From: Bacteroidota bacterium
GTDB lineage: Bacteria; Bacteroidota; Ignavibacteria; SZUA-365
Direction of reading: 5' to 3'
DNA: 64,000 bases
NCBI GenBank assembly: GCA_029907355.1
Contig: JARYLZ010000004.1
Location: 5,007 to 69,006 of the forward strand
Shown: positions 48,064 through 59,370 of the stretch, piece by piece
How the letters are laid out: every line of letters starts with the position of its first letter
How positions within the stretch are numbered: position 1 is the first letter of the stretch
Translations under genes and position numbers: made by a program
The notes under the pieces: generated by a model
Databases searched by the model: none
The model's input: only the letters and a program-made list of their open reading frames with translations
Told to the model about the DNA's origin: nothing

Positions 48064-51003
48064 TTATTTCAGCAAGAGCATCGTCCCCATCGTCTCGACA
48101 CCTTCCAGGGAGAGGACGGATCGATAGACCCCGCTCGGAAGATCTCTCGCGTTCCATGCTGGTCGGTACCAGCCGGGGTTTTGAACTTCATCGACCAGGA
48201 TGGCAACGGTTTGGCCGAGGGTATTTTCCACACGCAACTGTACATGCCCACGACGGTGGAGGTAATAGGGGATGACCGTCACGGGACGGAAGGGATTCGG
48301 GTAGTTCTTGTACAGCGTGAATCCTAATGCCTCGGGTACAAGATCGGTGGGGCTCGTCATCCGACCTTCGCCGGAAACCGTCAGACGCGTTGGGGATGTC
48401 GCAGCATTGCTGAGTATGGAGATCGTCGCATTGACAGCACCGATCGTCGCAGGGGCGAAACGCAGCGTGTCGATGAACATCCTGCCCGGCGGGATGGTTA
48501 CGGAAACAGGTCGCGCCGAGTAGGCGGGATTATCCGAGACGATATCGGCGATCCGAAGCGTGTCTGTGCGATGGTTCGTAATGATGAACACCGTGTCTTT
48601 GTATTCGCCGATCGACACGTTCCCGAAGTTGATCGCCTCGGGGGCGATCGACACGTCCGTTTCACCAATCCCCGATACAGGGATCCGATCCGGCGAAGTC
48701 GTGGAGTTGCTATACATGGTGAGCTCTCCGGTATTCGGACCGAGAATGGACGGTGAGAAGCGGACAGTCAACGCGTATGTCGAAACAGGACTCACGAGGA
48801 AGCGATCGGGGATGGCGCGGAACGCGATGTTGTCGGAAAGGATTTCCGATACGCGCAAAGTGTCCGTGCCGTTGTTTTTGATCTGGATGACTGTATCGCG
48901 GGACGTCCCGACCGGGACTCTCCCAAATGCGATATTCGCCGGTGTCAGGAGAATATCCACTTCCCCAAAACCTATCCCCGTCACGTACAGCGTGTCTTTC
49001 GAAGTCGGCGCATTGCTCGTTATCGTCAAACGAGCGTTCACATTACCCGGGACTCGCGGTGCGAAGGTGACGGTTTGGCGGAACGTCCCACCGGGGAGAA
49101 TGTTGACGACGGGGTTCGAGACGGTGAAGGCGGTGTTCGACGACTTGATCTCCGTGATTTTCAACGTATCGAGACCGGCGTTTGAAAACGTGATGACGGT
49201 ATCTTTTCTGAGGCCGAGTTTCACATACCCGAATGCGATGAAGCGCTGTTCGAGCTCTAGAGCAGCGGTACCTGTCCCTTCGCCCGTGACGGTAATCGTA
49301 TCGGGGGAAGTCCAAGAGTCGCTTTCGAGAATGATATGACCGATGGCTGGTCCGACAGCGCTTGGAGTGAAGCGAATGCTGTCGTTCTGGCTCGCGCCGG
49401 AGGCAATGACCATAGAAGTCGGGCGAGGCGTGAATGCAGGGTTATCGGACCTGATCGAGTGGATATGCAGGGTGTCTCCCCCCGTGTTTGTGAGGAGAAC
49501 GACACGGTCACGGCGTGAACCGACGCCAACCACACCGAAACTGACGGACTTGGAAGAGAGGGTCAGAGCGGGCTGTGATTTCGGGTAGCTCCCATCTGCG
49601 AGAACCTTGAACGCGTAGATATTGCCGTTTGTATAATCCGCTCTGTAATCTTCCCACGCGAACATTCCGCCTCCGTTCCCGTCGGCAACAGCGATGGGCA
49701 TGTTCTGCATATTCTTCGCTCCACACACGAGAACACCGTTCGGCTGCCACAGCGGATTACCGTTCCGATCAAGTCGTTGCGCGTAGATATCTGCATTGAG
49801 ATTTCCGTCGCGCCTGTCCTCCCACACGATGATGACGCCTCCCATCCCATCTCGGATGACATACGGCGTGAACTGGTTGCCGGGTGCCGTGCATACGGGG
49901 ACCCCGTCTTTCGTCCAGATTTCTTTCCCATCCTTATCGAGGAATTGCGCGTAAATATCGCACGTGCTGCCGCCCCGATAATCTTCCCATGCTACGACGG
50001 CGCAACCATTATCCATTCCCACAATGGAAGGGTGATCCGAGGCGGCGTTGTGTGAGTGGATTTTCGATCCCGGCCACATCGCATTGCCATCGGCATCGAG
50101 GCGTTGGGTATAGATGGCGACCGTGCTCGTACGGTAGTCCGCCCATGCCGACACGACACCGTGCAGACCGTCGTAATCGATGAAGGGGTACCCCTGGCTG
50201 CCGGCGACTGTGCACAGCCCGACCCCATTGCCTCGCCAGTACAGGTTCCCTTTCGGCCCAACGCGCTGGCAATAGAGATCGTACTGTCCGCTCGGACCTC
50301 CGAGGAACCACTGCCATGCCACGAAAGCGCCGTTCGCACCGTCCGTACAGATCGATGGTGAGTATTGGTACATGCCGCTCTGCGGCACGATGGGTGCGAC
50401 GTATCCTGCGCCGCCCCATGGGAAATTCCCCAGCGAGTCGACACGGACAAGCATGATTTGGTTGTCGAAGTTCCCACCAGGGACGTTGTCCATGAACGCG
50501 ACGTACACCCCGCCGAGACTGTCGCTACAGATGACAGGGTCGCTCTGGTATTTTTCCTTGATGATCGGCGGGGTCAGATCGATTCCATCGGCCGTCCAGA
50601 GCATCTGCCCCGTTGAATCGATGTGCTGCATGTACACATCGTTGTGCTGAAACCTGTTGTCTTTCCAGACGATGAACGCGCCGCCTTTTTCATCACCCGT
50701 GATCTGGGGTTTGTTCTGCGAACCCGGCATCGTACAGACAGGTGCCCCGTTGACCCCCCAACGGATATTTCCATTCGCATCGACATGTTGGGCGAAGACC
50801 TCCGTGATGTTCTGGAGGAACCGTTCGTCTTCCCAGGTAAGAATCATACCGCCTCGCCCGTCACTGATAGCGCGGACGAGTCGTTGGTTTCTCTGTTCCG
50901 TGCATATCGGGTTGTTGGCGTAAGGGTTGGACGACCATTGCGCCGTGGATTGAACGGCCATGATCAGGGCGAACGCACAGGAGATCGTGGCAATACGAGA
51001 CAT
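48064..51003 (-). CDS. T9SS-secreted repeat protein, adhesin-like
   Basis: Signal peptide. About nine tandem ~52-aa repeats of the form 'DG.GG.hh.W.D.R......DIYAQ.hD..GN.hW..NGV.VC.A.G.Q'. About five ~100-aa Ig-like domains 'FG.V.VG.SR...V.I.N.G.D.L.I..I.SDN.AF' (choice-of-anchor-D-like). Canonical T9SS CTD 'NYPNPF...LPSGVY'. Confidence 0.8.
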   Translation of the reverse strand: MSRIATISCAFALIMAVQSTAQWSSNPYANNPICTEQRNQRLVRAISDGRGGMILTWEDERFLQNITEVFAQHVDANGNIRWGVNGAPVCTMPGSQNKPQITGDEKGGAFIVWKDNRFQHNDVYMQHIDSTGQMLWTADGIDLTPPIIKEKYQSDPVICSDSLGGVYVAFMDNVPGGNFDNQIMLVRVDSLGNFPWGGAGYVAPIVPQSGMYQYSPSICTDGANGAFVAWQWFLGGPSGQYDLYCQRVGPKGNLYWRGNGVGLCTVAGSQGYPFIDYDGLHGVVSAWADYRTSTVAIYTQRLDADGNAMWPGSKIHSHNAASDHPSIVGMDNGCAVVAWEDYRGGSTCDIYAQFLDKDGKEIWTKDGVPVCTAPGNQFTPYVIRDGMGGVIIVWEDRRDGNLNADIYAQRLDRNGNPLWQPNGVLVCGAKNMQNMPIAVADGNGGGMFAWEDYRADYTNGNIYAFKVLADGSYPKSQPALTLSSKSVSFGVVGVGSRRDRVVLLTNTGGDTLHIHSIRSDNPAFTPRPTSMVIASGASQNDSIRFTPSAVGPAIGHIILESDSWTSPDTITVTGEGTGTAALELEQRFIAFGYVKLGLRKDTVITFSNAGLDTLKITEIKSSNTAFTVSNPVVNILPGGTFRQTVTFAPRVPGNVNARLTITSNAPTSKDTLYVTGIGFGEVDILLTPANIAFGRVPVGTSRDTVIQIKNNGTDTLRVSEILSDNIAFRAIPDRFLVSPVSTYALTVRFSPSILGPNTGELTMYSNSTTSPDRIPVSGIGETDVSIAPEAINFGNVSIGEYKDTVFIITNHRTDTLRIADIVSDNPAYSARPVSVTIPPGRMFIDTLRFAPATIGAVNATISILSNAATSPTRLTVSGEGRMTSPTDLVPEALGFTLYKNYPNPFRPVTVIPYYLHRRGHVQLRVENTLGQTVAILVDEVQNPGWYRPAWNARDLPSGVYRSVLSLEGVETMGTMLLLK

Positions 51004-51165
51004 GGAAGCTCCTGAAATGGAAGTGATGGGATAATCCTATGGTTCGAATACGTATGCTCTTAGGAGATGTGCCTCAACCCGAATAAGTGCGGTGAGCGTA
51101 TTCTCCACTCGATTTCATTTTGAATGATGAAAAAATGTATAACCAAAACTACGATTTCTCCAATA

Positions 51166-51189
51166 GAAAAAAGCGGATCCATCCACCGC
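51166..51189 (-). terminator. weak intrinsic terminator downstream of the YihY-family gene
   Basis: The minus strand reads GCGG-tggatggat-CCGC followed by TTTTTT. Confidence 0.3.
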
Positions 51190-51236
51190 AAATAGAACTC
51201 AAGAGGGGATATTTCTGCAGTGACGACGAAGCCATC

Positions 51237-52268
51237 TTATCGAAACGTATTCCCTCCCCTTTCGGCATTGCACTCGTGAGATTCCACGTTCGACTCGATT
51301 CCCAGAGATCGAACAACATTGCGCATACTTTCCTGGGTGAAAAGTTTCCTCAGCGATCTTCTTTCCATTGCCATCTGGCCTATTTCCGCCGCGAGGAGGA
51401 TCGTCACACTCGAATAGTACACCCAGACGGCCGTTGCGACAATGACGGCGTACGGGCCGTAGATTTTTCCCATCGACCAGAGGTTGGACGCGTAGTATGA
51501 GAAAAGCGCTTTGGCAACGGCCCAGAGCACGGCGGCCACGGCACTCGAGAGAGCGACGACACGCACGGGGAGACGGCGGTCCGGGATCAGAAGAAAAATG
51601 ACGCAGAACAGGAAAAAATTCACGAGAGTGGATGACACGTGGATGAAAGTGCCTTGAAGGAACCAGTGTTGGAAATACTCCCCCGCCAACTGGGCGGCGA
51701 CCCCCTTGACGAGCGTCAACCCGTAACTGAGCGTCGTGATCAGAACCAGCGATATGCCGACGAGAGAGAGGAGCGCGAGATCCTTGATCTTCGAAAAAAC
51801 GATACTCCTCGTATCCCTCACGTTGAAAATGCGGTTGAGAACGGTTCGCATCGTGGCGAAGAGAGCGCTCGACGTCCACGCCAGTCCGATGATCCCGACC
51901 ACGCCGGCAATATGAGAGCCGCGCACGAAATCCAAGATGAGTGTAAGAACGCGTGAGCGGATATATTCCCGCTCATACGGGAACAGGCGAAGAGAATCGA
52001 GATACCCGTCGATGGTCCGCATCGCTGCTGCGGAATCGAGGTACAGCCCCAATATGTAAAAGAGCACCAGCACGAGAGGGATGAAACACAGCATGGAGTT
52101 GAACGCGATGGCTGCACCGGATAGGAATATGTGGTTGTCTTCCATCCGTTCCATCAAGCGGTTGAGGTACATCCATACCGCTCGGATGCCGGTGCGCGAT
52201 ACCAGGTGCCGCATGAACGTGGGGATGCAGGCCTCCAGGCGTTTCATCCCTGTTCGCGCTTTTTTCAT
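51237..52268 (-). CDS. YihY/BrkB-family membrane protein
   Basis: '[21 protein letters not shown]' N-terminal signature and six TM segments. Confidence 0.8.
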   Translation of the reverse strand: MKKARTGMKRLEACIPTFMRHLVSRTGIRAVWMYLNRLMERMEDNHIFLSGAAIAFNSMLCFIPLVLVLFYILGLYLDSAAAMRTIDGYLDSLRLFPYEREYIRSRVLTLILDFVRGSHIAGVVGIIGLAWTSSALFATMRTVLNRIFNVRDTRSIVFSKIKDLALLSLVGISLVLITTLSYGLTLVKGVAAQLAGEYFQHWFLQGTFIHVSSTLVNFFLFCVIFLLIPDRRLPVRVVALSSAVAAVLWAVAKALFSYYASNLWSMGKIYGPYAVIVATAVWVYYSSVTILLAAEIGQMAMERRSLRKLFTQESMRNVVRSLGIESNVESHECNAERGGNTFR

Positions 52269-54490
52269 GCGCGTACTAAGAGACGTTCAAGGGCCTTGAA
52301 GTAGAGGTCCGCGAGTTCCAAGATTGAAATCTTGATGTCTTCGTTCATGCGCAACTCATCTCCGCCGACCACCCCCGCCTTGAGAATATCGACATTGTGC
52401 TTTGCGGCGATGCGGAAAAGCGCGTTATCGTCCTGCGGGGCACAGCTGACGATAATTCGCGATTGCGACTCGCCGAAGTACAGGGCATCCCTCCGGAACG
52501 GCACGGGTACCCGTAATACCGCCCCGATCGGTCGCGGGCCTGTGATACAGCACTCCGCGAACGCGACGGCGAGTCCGCCCTCTGAAACGTCGTGCGCGGA
52601 ATGAAGGACCCTTTCCCGGATCATCTCTCGAACCGCCGATTGCACACGAATTTCCTCTTGGATATCGAAATACGGGGCATCGCCTGCAACGACACCGTGT
52701 ACATGCGAAAGGTATTCGCTCCCGCCGATATCCTCGCGGGTTTGTCCCAGGAGGAAGACGGAATCACCCGGAGAGGTGAAAAAGGATGTGGTGATGAGAT
52801 CGATATCCTCGATGAGACCCAGCATACCGATAACCGGCGTCGGATATACGGCACCTTCGGGATCCTCATTATAGAAACTCACGTTCCCCCCAGTCACCGG
52901 CGTCCCGAGCGCGCGGCATGCTTCACCCATTCCCCGGACGGCTTCGGCGAACTGGTAAAAGATCTCCGGCTTGTATGGGTTCCCGAAATTCAAGCAGTTC
53001 GTGATCGCAAGAGGTTCTGCCCCGGTACAGACGACGTTCCGCGCCGCCTCAGCCACAGCGATCATCGTACCTTTCCGGGGATTCAGGTACACGTACCGGC
53101 CGTTGCAGTCGGTCGAGACGGCGAGCGCTTTCCGTGTCCCTTTGATCCTGATGACGGCGGCGTCTCCTCCAGGCCCTTGAACGGTGTTTGTCCTGACACT
53201 CGTATCGTATTGCTCATAAGCCCATTTTTTCGAAGCGATGTTCGGCGCAGAGATCAGGAGACGTAGGATATATGTCGTGTCGCGGGGTACGGGTATGGAA
53301 GAAGGGTGGAAAGCCCCCGTTACATCGAGGTAAGTCGGACGCTGTTCTTCTCTCGTGTAAACGGGTGCACCACCACCGAGGACGAAGCTTTCGGCGGGGG
53401 CGTGTGCAACGATCTCCCCGCCGTGAGATACCGTTACGTAACCGTCATCCGTTACTTCACCGATAATGACGGCGTGGAGGTCCCACTTTTTAAAAATCTC
53501 CCGAACACGGTCCTCGCATCCTTTCCTGACGACCACGAGCATGCGCTCTTGGGATTCCGAGAGCATGATTTCATAGGCGCTCATGTTCTCTTCCCTCACC
53601 GGTACGCGGTCCAGGTCAATGCGCATACCTGCTTCGCCGCGGGCCGACATTTCCGTCGCCGAACAGGTGATTCCCGCCGCTCCCATATCTTGGATTCCGA
53701 TGACAAGGCCCTCCCGAATGATCTCCAGCGTCGCTTCGAGGAGGAGCTTTTCCGTGAACGGGTCGCCGACTTGGACGGAGGGACGCTTCGATTCCGAATC
53801 CTCGGAAAGTTCGACGGAGGCGAACGTGGCTCCGTGTATCCCGTCACGACCCGTCGAAGACCCGACGATCATGACAGGATTCCCCTTCCCTGACGCTGTC
53901 GCCGAGGCGATGCGCCCCTGCTGGACGATACCCACAGCCATTGCATTGACGAGGGGATTCCCCTGGTAGGACCTATCGAAGAATAGTTCCCCCGCGACGG
54001 TAGGAACGCCGAAACAGTTCCCGTAATGGCCGATCCCGCTGACAACGCCACGGACAAGGTACCGTACACGCGGTTGGGACGGATCGCCGAAACGGAGAGA
54101 GTCGCAAGCGGCAATCGGGCGTGCCCCCATCGTGAACACATCCCGCAGGATACCACCCACGCCGGTCGCGGCTCCTTGAAAGGGTTCGACAGCCGATGGA
54201 TGGTTATGACTCTCGATTTTGAAGGCGACGGCTTGCCCGTCCCCGATTTCGACGAGACCTGCGTTCTCCTGCCCCGCCTCGACAAGCAGGCGCCCGCCTG
54301 AGCGCGGCAATGTTTTCAGGAGCGCGATGGAATTCTTGTAACTGCAGTGTTCACTCCACATCACGCTGTACATGCCGAGTTCCGTGTACGTCGGCGTACG
54401 CCCGAGAATCTCGAGTATGCGAGAATACTCCTCGTCGGAGAGCCCGAGTTCTCGTGCGAGTTCCGGGGTAACCTCCGGATCTTTCTTCAT
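52265..54490 (-). CDS. purL: phosphoribosylformylglycinamidine synthase subunit PurL
   Basis: '[16 protein letters not shown]' plus duplicated AIRS/AIRS_C domains. Length 741 aa. Confidence 0.9.
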   Translation of the reverse strand: MKKDPEVTPELARELGLSDEEYSRILEILGRTPTYTELGMYSVMWSEHCSYKNSIALLKTLPRSGGRLLVEAGQENAGLVEIGDGQAVAFKIESHNHPSAVEPFQGAATGVGGILRDVFTMGARPIAACDSLRFGDPSQPRVRYLVRGVVSGIGHYGNCFGVPTVAGELFFDRSYQGNPLVNAMAVGIVQQGRIASATASGKGNPVMIVGSSTGRDGIHGATFASVELSEDSESKRPSVQVGDPFTEKLLLEATLEIIREGLVIGIQDMGAAGITCSATEMSARGEAGMRIDLDRVPVREENMSAYEIMLSESQERMLVVVRKGCEDRVREIFKKWDLHAVIIGEVTDDGYVTVSHGGEIVAHAPAESFVLGGGAPVYTREEQRPTYLDVTGAFHPSSIPVPRDTTYILRLLISAPNIASKKWAYEQYDTSVRTNTVQGPGGDAAVIRIKGTRKALAVSTDCNGRYVYLNPRKGTMIAVAEAARNVVCTGAEPLAITNCLNFGNPYKPEIFYQFAEAVRGMGEACRALGTPVTGGNVSFYNEDPEGAVYPTPVIGMLGLIEDIDLITTSFFTSPGDSVFLLGQTREDIGGSEYLSHVHGVVAGDAPYFDIQEEIRVQSAVREMIRERVLHSAHDVSEGGLAVAFAECCITGPRPIGAVLRVPVPFRRDALYFGESQSRIIVSCAPQDDNALFRIAAKHNVDILKAGVVGGDELRMNEDIKISILELADLYFKALERLLVRA

Positions 54491-54677
54491 GGTTGCTCGA
54501 TCGGATATGGTTTGAAGGTTTGGACGCGTCTCACCATGATTGAAATTAACGAAACATGCACCCGAATCCGTATCCCCTCAACTCAACGTTTCGGGAACGG
54601 GCTCCTCCACCCTCGATGTTTGGGGTCAGAGCGGTGAAATCGCATGATAACCCGCGAGGTATGCGCGGGAAACTCGA

Positions 54678-56144
54678 TCAGGGTTGCATGAGACGCACGA
54701 TGGAATCGAAAACACCACTGGCGGCAGTCCAGAAAGCGAGTTTTCTTCGGGCGTTTTTCGCGAGAGGAACGGGCAGACCTGGAATTTTGGAAACATCTAC
54801 TTGGGCGATGTTCGCCCCATAGGTTTCGTTCATTGTCCGGATGAATTCGTTGGCGATGATGGCCTGCCCCTTACTCGACGGGTGTATTCCGTCGAAACTG
54901 AAAAGCCCTCCCGAGATGAATTGGGTCGTGAAGGTTTCACCCGCAATGGTAATTCCGCGATCGGCGGCTTCGTTGAATAATCGGCGAATGTTCACGAGAG
55001 CGATATTCGGCTGACCCGGTTTGTTGTTGAGCCGGTTGATCGCCCCCTCGATACTCGCATTATAGGCTTGAATAGCCGATGAAACGCTGGTTAGTTCTTG
55101 AATGTCGAGAACGAGTGCGTCCGGCCAGGGGTTTCTGGGATCGAGGCCGAAAGGTTTCGTCGTATCGATCCTCGACGGGATGACGTTCACAAGCGGTTCT
55201 TTCAGTTTCTCAGCGAGATCACGGTACCATTTCCCTGTCGGAAGTCCTATCGACGGCACGTACGTCATGCCGGTCAGAGGAATCAGTACATTCTTCAACC
55301 TCATGAAATTCGTCGTGTCGGTGCCTGTCGTCATGCCGTGAAGCTGGTAGTAGAGTTTCACGCTTCCCGGTGGTGCACCGGCTAGAGAAGATAGAGCCGC
55401 ACTGATAATCGGTCCGACTGTCGTGAAGAAGGGGATCGCGTTGATATCTGGGATGTTCCCCACAAGGATGAACGCTTGCGGTGCGCCCTGACGAAGAGCC
55501 GTTAGGGCGCTGGTGATGGAGATATCGAACGCGTTCGAGGGAACCGGTGCCGAAGGTGAAGTTCCTCCACTCGTCGCGAAGCCAAGGACGTCGTTGTTTC
55601 CCAACCAGAACGTTACGAGGGTGGGCTGACGCGCAAGAGCCTGTTTAACCACGGACTTCCCGTATTTCTGATCGCGGAGTATCAGCGTAAAGAACGGATT
55701 CCCCCGCGATGTCGATTTCTGCCGGAAATCGGTTTCATCGGTCGCGTCGAGTGAAACCGCTCCGGGGATGCCGAGATTATCGTATGGGCGGGACAAGGTG
55801 TCATACGGCGATTTCACCGGCAGAAGGCTTTTCTCCGAAGTCACGAGCTGGATGGGGTTGAGGGATACGAGCGTAATACGTTCACCCGTCCCCGGTTCCG
55901 AGATGAGGGGTTGGACGAACGATACCCCGAGGCGGTCCGCTATCAATTTCGGGTAGCTGTACAGCTGTGCCCCTTCATAGAGAGCCCCGTTCTGATAGCC
56001 TGCAGTGACGGAGTTCCCGATGGCAACGTAAACGGATGGATCGATCGGCCCGAGTGAATTCGGACCGCTGGGTGTGATTTCGTCCGAACACCCTACACAC
56101 AGCGCGAGCAGAACGCACAAACCGAATGAAGCGTATCGCATCAT
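54678..56144 (-). CDS. SGNH-hydrolase-like lipoprotein
   Basis: Lipobox 'LALCVGCSD', then 'AIGNSVTAGY' block I-like and 'GIHPS' block V-like motifs. Confidence 0.5.
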   Translation of the reverse strand: MMRYASFGLCVLLALCVGCSDEITPSGPNSLGPIDPSVYVAIGNSVTAGYQNGALYEGAQLYSYPKLIADRLGVSFVQPLISEPGTGERITLVSLNPIQLVTSEKSLLPVKSPYDTLSRPYDNLGIPGAVSLDATDETDFRQKSTSRGNPFFTLILRDQKYGKSVVKQALARQPTLVTFWLGNNDVLGFATSGGTSPSAPVPSNAFDISITSALTALRQGAPQAFILVGNIPDINAIPFFTTVGPIISAALSSLAGAPPGSVKLYYQLHGMTTGTDTTNFMRLKNVLIPLTGMTYVPSIGLPTGKWYRDLAEKLKEPLVNVIPSRIDTTKPFGLDPRNPWPDALVLDIQELTSVSSAIQAYNASIEGAINRLNNKPGQPNIALVNIRRLFNEAADRGITIAGETFTTQFISGGLFSFDGIHPSSKGQAIIANEFIRTMNETYGANIAQVDVSKIPGLPVPLAKNARRKLAFWTAASGVFDSIVRLMQP

Positions 56145-56156
56145 AACCGATCTCCT

Positions 56157-57434
56157 TTAAAAGCGGTACGTGATGTCGACCCCGACGAGTTGGGCGTTGC
56201 CTCGGTACGTTCCGTCCAAGGCGACACCATCGGGGTACGTCGTCTTCGTGGTGGTTCGCTCCTGGAACAAGAGATCGTTGTACGCGAAATCAAGTGTGAC
56301 ATTGGGAAGGACGTTCATGCCGAACCCGATACACAGCCCATGGCGATTCGCATCCGGCAGGATCGGTTCGAGATGTTCATCGGGGACGGGGTTGAGATCG
56401 TAGAAGTAACCACCGCGCACCGTGATCCCGAGAAGGGGGATAGCATACTCCGCGCCGAAGCGGAAGATGAACGCGTCCTTGTAGTTCTTCGGCATGACGG
56501 CGTCACTCTGTTTGACGGTAGGATTCACCGTCGCATCGTTCACGAAATCAATCGTCAACTTGTCGTATGCGGACCACCCGATCCCCTGTACATCGAATTC
56601 CACCTGGAGGTTCTCGGTGGGGGTCCAGGCGACACCAGCAAACCATGTGGCCGGCATCGCAATGGATGTACGGACATCCCCGCCGGGGAACAACGATGCG
56701 AGTGATGCAGGAGGATGAAAATCCGCCGTGCCATCGAAGTCGACATCCGTCCGAGCGCGGTACGTGAAGCCCAGCGAGAGATTCTCTAAGGGGTGGACGA
56801 GGATACCAGCATTCCATGAGAACGCAGGCTTCCCCGTCCCATCGAGCTCGAGCGACATAGAGGGATCGAATGTGGTTACCGCGCGGCTGAGCATAACACG
56901 CGAGAGGACGAGATTCGCACCGACACCGATCGCCAAAGCGTCGTTCACGGCATAGGAAACAGTCGGCATGATGTAGTAGGTCTGAAGATCGACTTGCCGG
57001 GTAATGGATTTCCCGATCCACTCGTCATCCCATTTCGTCCCGAGACCGTATGGGGTCACGAGACCGATCCCCACGCCTAAACCCTTTAAGAGACCGTCGT
57101 TCCACGTATTGGTCACATAGATGTTTGGGGGGAAGAAAACCTGGCGTTTCATTTCCCATTCGTCGTTCCGCGTGAGGTTGATCGGACCGTAGAAGATATA
57201 CCGAGGAGCGATGAAGGTTGCGCCTGCCATGATCGTTGTGCCGCGCTGGAAAGACAATCCTGCCGGGTTGAAGAACAGCGCAGAAGGGTCGGATGCCCGT
57301 GCACAGAAAGCGCCGGCTTGAGCCATCGAACGCGCTCCATGTTCATTGAGCTGGAATCCTCCGGCGAAGACATCCACGCCGGCAAGTGCGACGACCAGCC
57401 ATGCGACACTCGTGAGTGGAATCAAGCGATGCAA
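56157..57434 (-). CDS. FadL/TodX-family outer-membrane long-chain fatty acid / hydrophobic compound transporter
   Basis: 'GGFQLNEHGARSMAQAGA..A.DPSALFFNPAGL' N-terminal hatch and a C-terminal '...ITYRF'. Confidence 0.8.
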   Translation of the reverse strand: MHRLIPLTSVAWLVVALAGVDVFAGGFQLNEHGARSMAQAGAFCARASDPSALFFNPAGLSFQRGTTIMAGATFIAPRYIFYGPINLTRNDEWEMKRQVFFPPNIYVTNTWNDGLLKGLGVGIGLVTPYGLGTKWDDEWIGKSITRQVDLQTYYIMPTVSYAVNDALAIGVGANLVLSRVMLSRAVTTFDPSMSLELDGTGKPAFSWNAGILVHPLENLSLGFTYRARTDVDFDGTADFHPPASLASLFPGGDVRTSIAMPATWFAGVAWTPTENLQVEFDVQGIGWSAYDKLTIDFVNDATVNPTVKQSDAVMPKNYKDAFIFRFGAEYAIPLLGITVRGGYFYDLNPVPDEHLEPILPDANRHGLCIGFGMNVLPNVTLDFAYNDLLFQERTTTKTTYPDGVALDGTYRGNAQLVGVDITYRF

Positions 57435-57762
57435 GGGAGCCTCCGCAAATTTTAACTATGGATTGAACGCAGATGCGATGACCTCTCCGCATGCGTACCG
57501 TAGTCTTCGTGTTCCACTATGTAAGAGTGGATTTCCTATCCTGCGAAGCGCAGTTCTCCGCTCAGGCGGGCAAAAGCTACGGAACAGGGCATGGAAATAC
57601 AATGATATCACACGAAAGGGCAAAAGCTCGCCTTCACTCGCATCATAACATGTATGTCCCATGAAGTTTCTCGTCGAAAAGTATTTCTCCATTCCAATCC
57701 TTTTTACCATCTTTTTTCCCAATGAACGACGCGGTAATGATTTCACATCGAAAGAGGTGAAC

Positions 57763-59181
57763 ATGAAACGATGTTTTCTCCCATTTTTTTTCATCGTCGT
57801 GTCGACCGCTACGGGCCAGGTCGATTTCAACCGTTATTTCATCGACCGAACTATGCGTGTCGATTATTTCCACACCGGGACGAAGGATTCGGAGGTTTTC
57901 GCTCTCGACCGCGTGTACAAAGAAGGGCCATGGCCGGGAAGTCTCGTGAACCTGATCGACACACTCAATCTCGGCGAATATTTTCTCCGCGTTTATGACG
58001 CCTCCACACATGCACTCATCTACTCGCGCGGGTATTGCACCGTCTTCAACGAGTGGCAAACGACGGATGAGGCCTTGAAGGGAATTCGGAAAACGATTTC
58101 CGAAACCGTTCGATTCCCCTTTCCCAAGCGCCCCGTCCAAATGACGATCAGCAGGCGCGACAAGTTCTCGCATTTCCATGAAATCTACTCCGTTGTGATC
58201 GATCCCAACGACCCCGTGCAGATTTGCACAGAAATCCGTCACAAGAGCCCAGACATCATCAACCTCATGGACAACGGCGACATTCACCGTAAAGCGGATA
58301 TTCTCATACTCGGCGACGGTTATACAGCGGGCGAGATCGAAAAATTCAGACGGGACGCTGAACATTTCAACAATGTCATGTTTTCGACAAGCCCGTTTCG
58401 AGAGCGCCGCAAGGATTTCAATGTGCGTGCCGTCTGGTACCCCTCCATTGAATCCGGCATCGACCGTCCGGACGTGAATGTTTGGAAGAACACGCCGATC
58501 GGTTGTTCCTACAATACCTTCGGTTCCGAACGGTATGTCCTCACGGAAGCGAACCAAGCCCTGCGCGATATCGCCTCTGCGGTCCCCTACGACTTCATTT
58601 GTATTCTCATCAATGACGACCGGTACGGAGGAGGCGGAATTTACCATCTCTACACGACAACGTACACGATAGAAAAGAATCCGAATCAAGCATGGCGTCG
58701 GGATTACGTGTATGTTCACGAATTCGGTCACGCATTCGGCGGACTTGCCGATGAGTATTACAGCTCCTCCACGGGTTACAACGAATTCTATCCGGAGGGG
58801 GTCGAGCCGTGGGAACCGAACATCACCCGACTCTTCGATCCGACACACGTGAAATGGCAAAACCTCCTCACGCCCGCGATCGATATCCCGACACCGTGGA
58901 ACAAGGAAAACTACGATTCCCTTACTGCAAGACTCTCCCGGTTCCGGGTGAAGACTTCGACGGGCACCGTCAACATCGACTCGATGCGCACGGTACAGCA
59001 ATCCATACTTCGCAACCCGGCTCTCCTAGGGAAAGTCGGTGCTTTCGAGGGGGCAGGGTACCTCTCCAACGGCATGTACCGGCCCTCGCTTGATTGCCGC
59101 ATGTTCACCTTGAGTTTGACGGATTTCTGCGCCGTGTGCCGTTCCGCAATCGAGCGCCAGATCGATTTCTACGCAAACTGA
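57763..59181 (+). CDS. M64-family (IgA-peptidase-like) zinc metallopeptidase
   Basis: 'VHEFGHAFGGLADEY' HExxH zinc site. The M64 N-domain begins at 'MKRCFLPFFF' (signal peptide) with GAGGTG upstream. Confidence 0.8.
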   Translation: MKRCFLPFFFIVVSTATGQVDFNRYFIDRTMRVDYFHTGTKDSEVFALDRVYKEGPWPGSLVNLIDTLNLGEYFLRVYDASTHALIYSRGYCTVFNEWQTTDEALKGIRKTISETVRFPFPKRPVQMTISRRDKFSHFHEIYSVVIDPNDPVQICTEIRHKSPDIINLMDNGDIHRKADILILGDGYTAGEIEKFRRDAEHFNNVMFSTSPFRERRKDFNVRAVWYPSIESGIDRPDVNVWKNTPIGCSYNTFGSERYVLTEANQALRDIASAVPYDFICILINDDRYGGGGIYHLYTTTYTIEKNPNQAWRRDYVYVHEFGHAFGGLADEYYSSSTGYNEFYPEGVEPWEPNITRLFDPTHVKWQNLLTPAIDIPTPWNKENYDSLTARLSRFRVKTSTGTVNIDSMRTVQQSILRNPALLGKVGAFEGAGYLSNGMYRPSLDCRMFTLSLTDFCAVCRSAIERQIDFYAN

Positions 59182-59370
59182 GAACCATTTCACCCCCCGT
59201 TCAGAAGAACCCAGCGCTTCAGGGGATCGTCGTACCCGTAGGACAGTGAGGATGTTCGCTTGCGTTTCCCTTCCTTTGCAATGACGGTCATACCGCATGC
59301 GTTCACGTGGATGGTTCGTATGGTATCGAGAAGGGTTTTCTCGTCTCCCTCCCCAACGCATTGATCCCCT

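Noticed and set aside
48560-49339. 259-aa plus-strand ORF inside the 979-aa T9SS cargo gene
   Set aside because: An antisense frame over a repeat-rich gene. Its composition is Ser/Val/Pro-biased and it has no start context.
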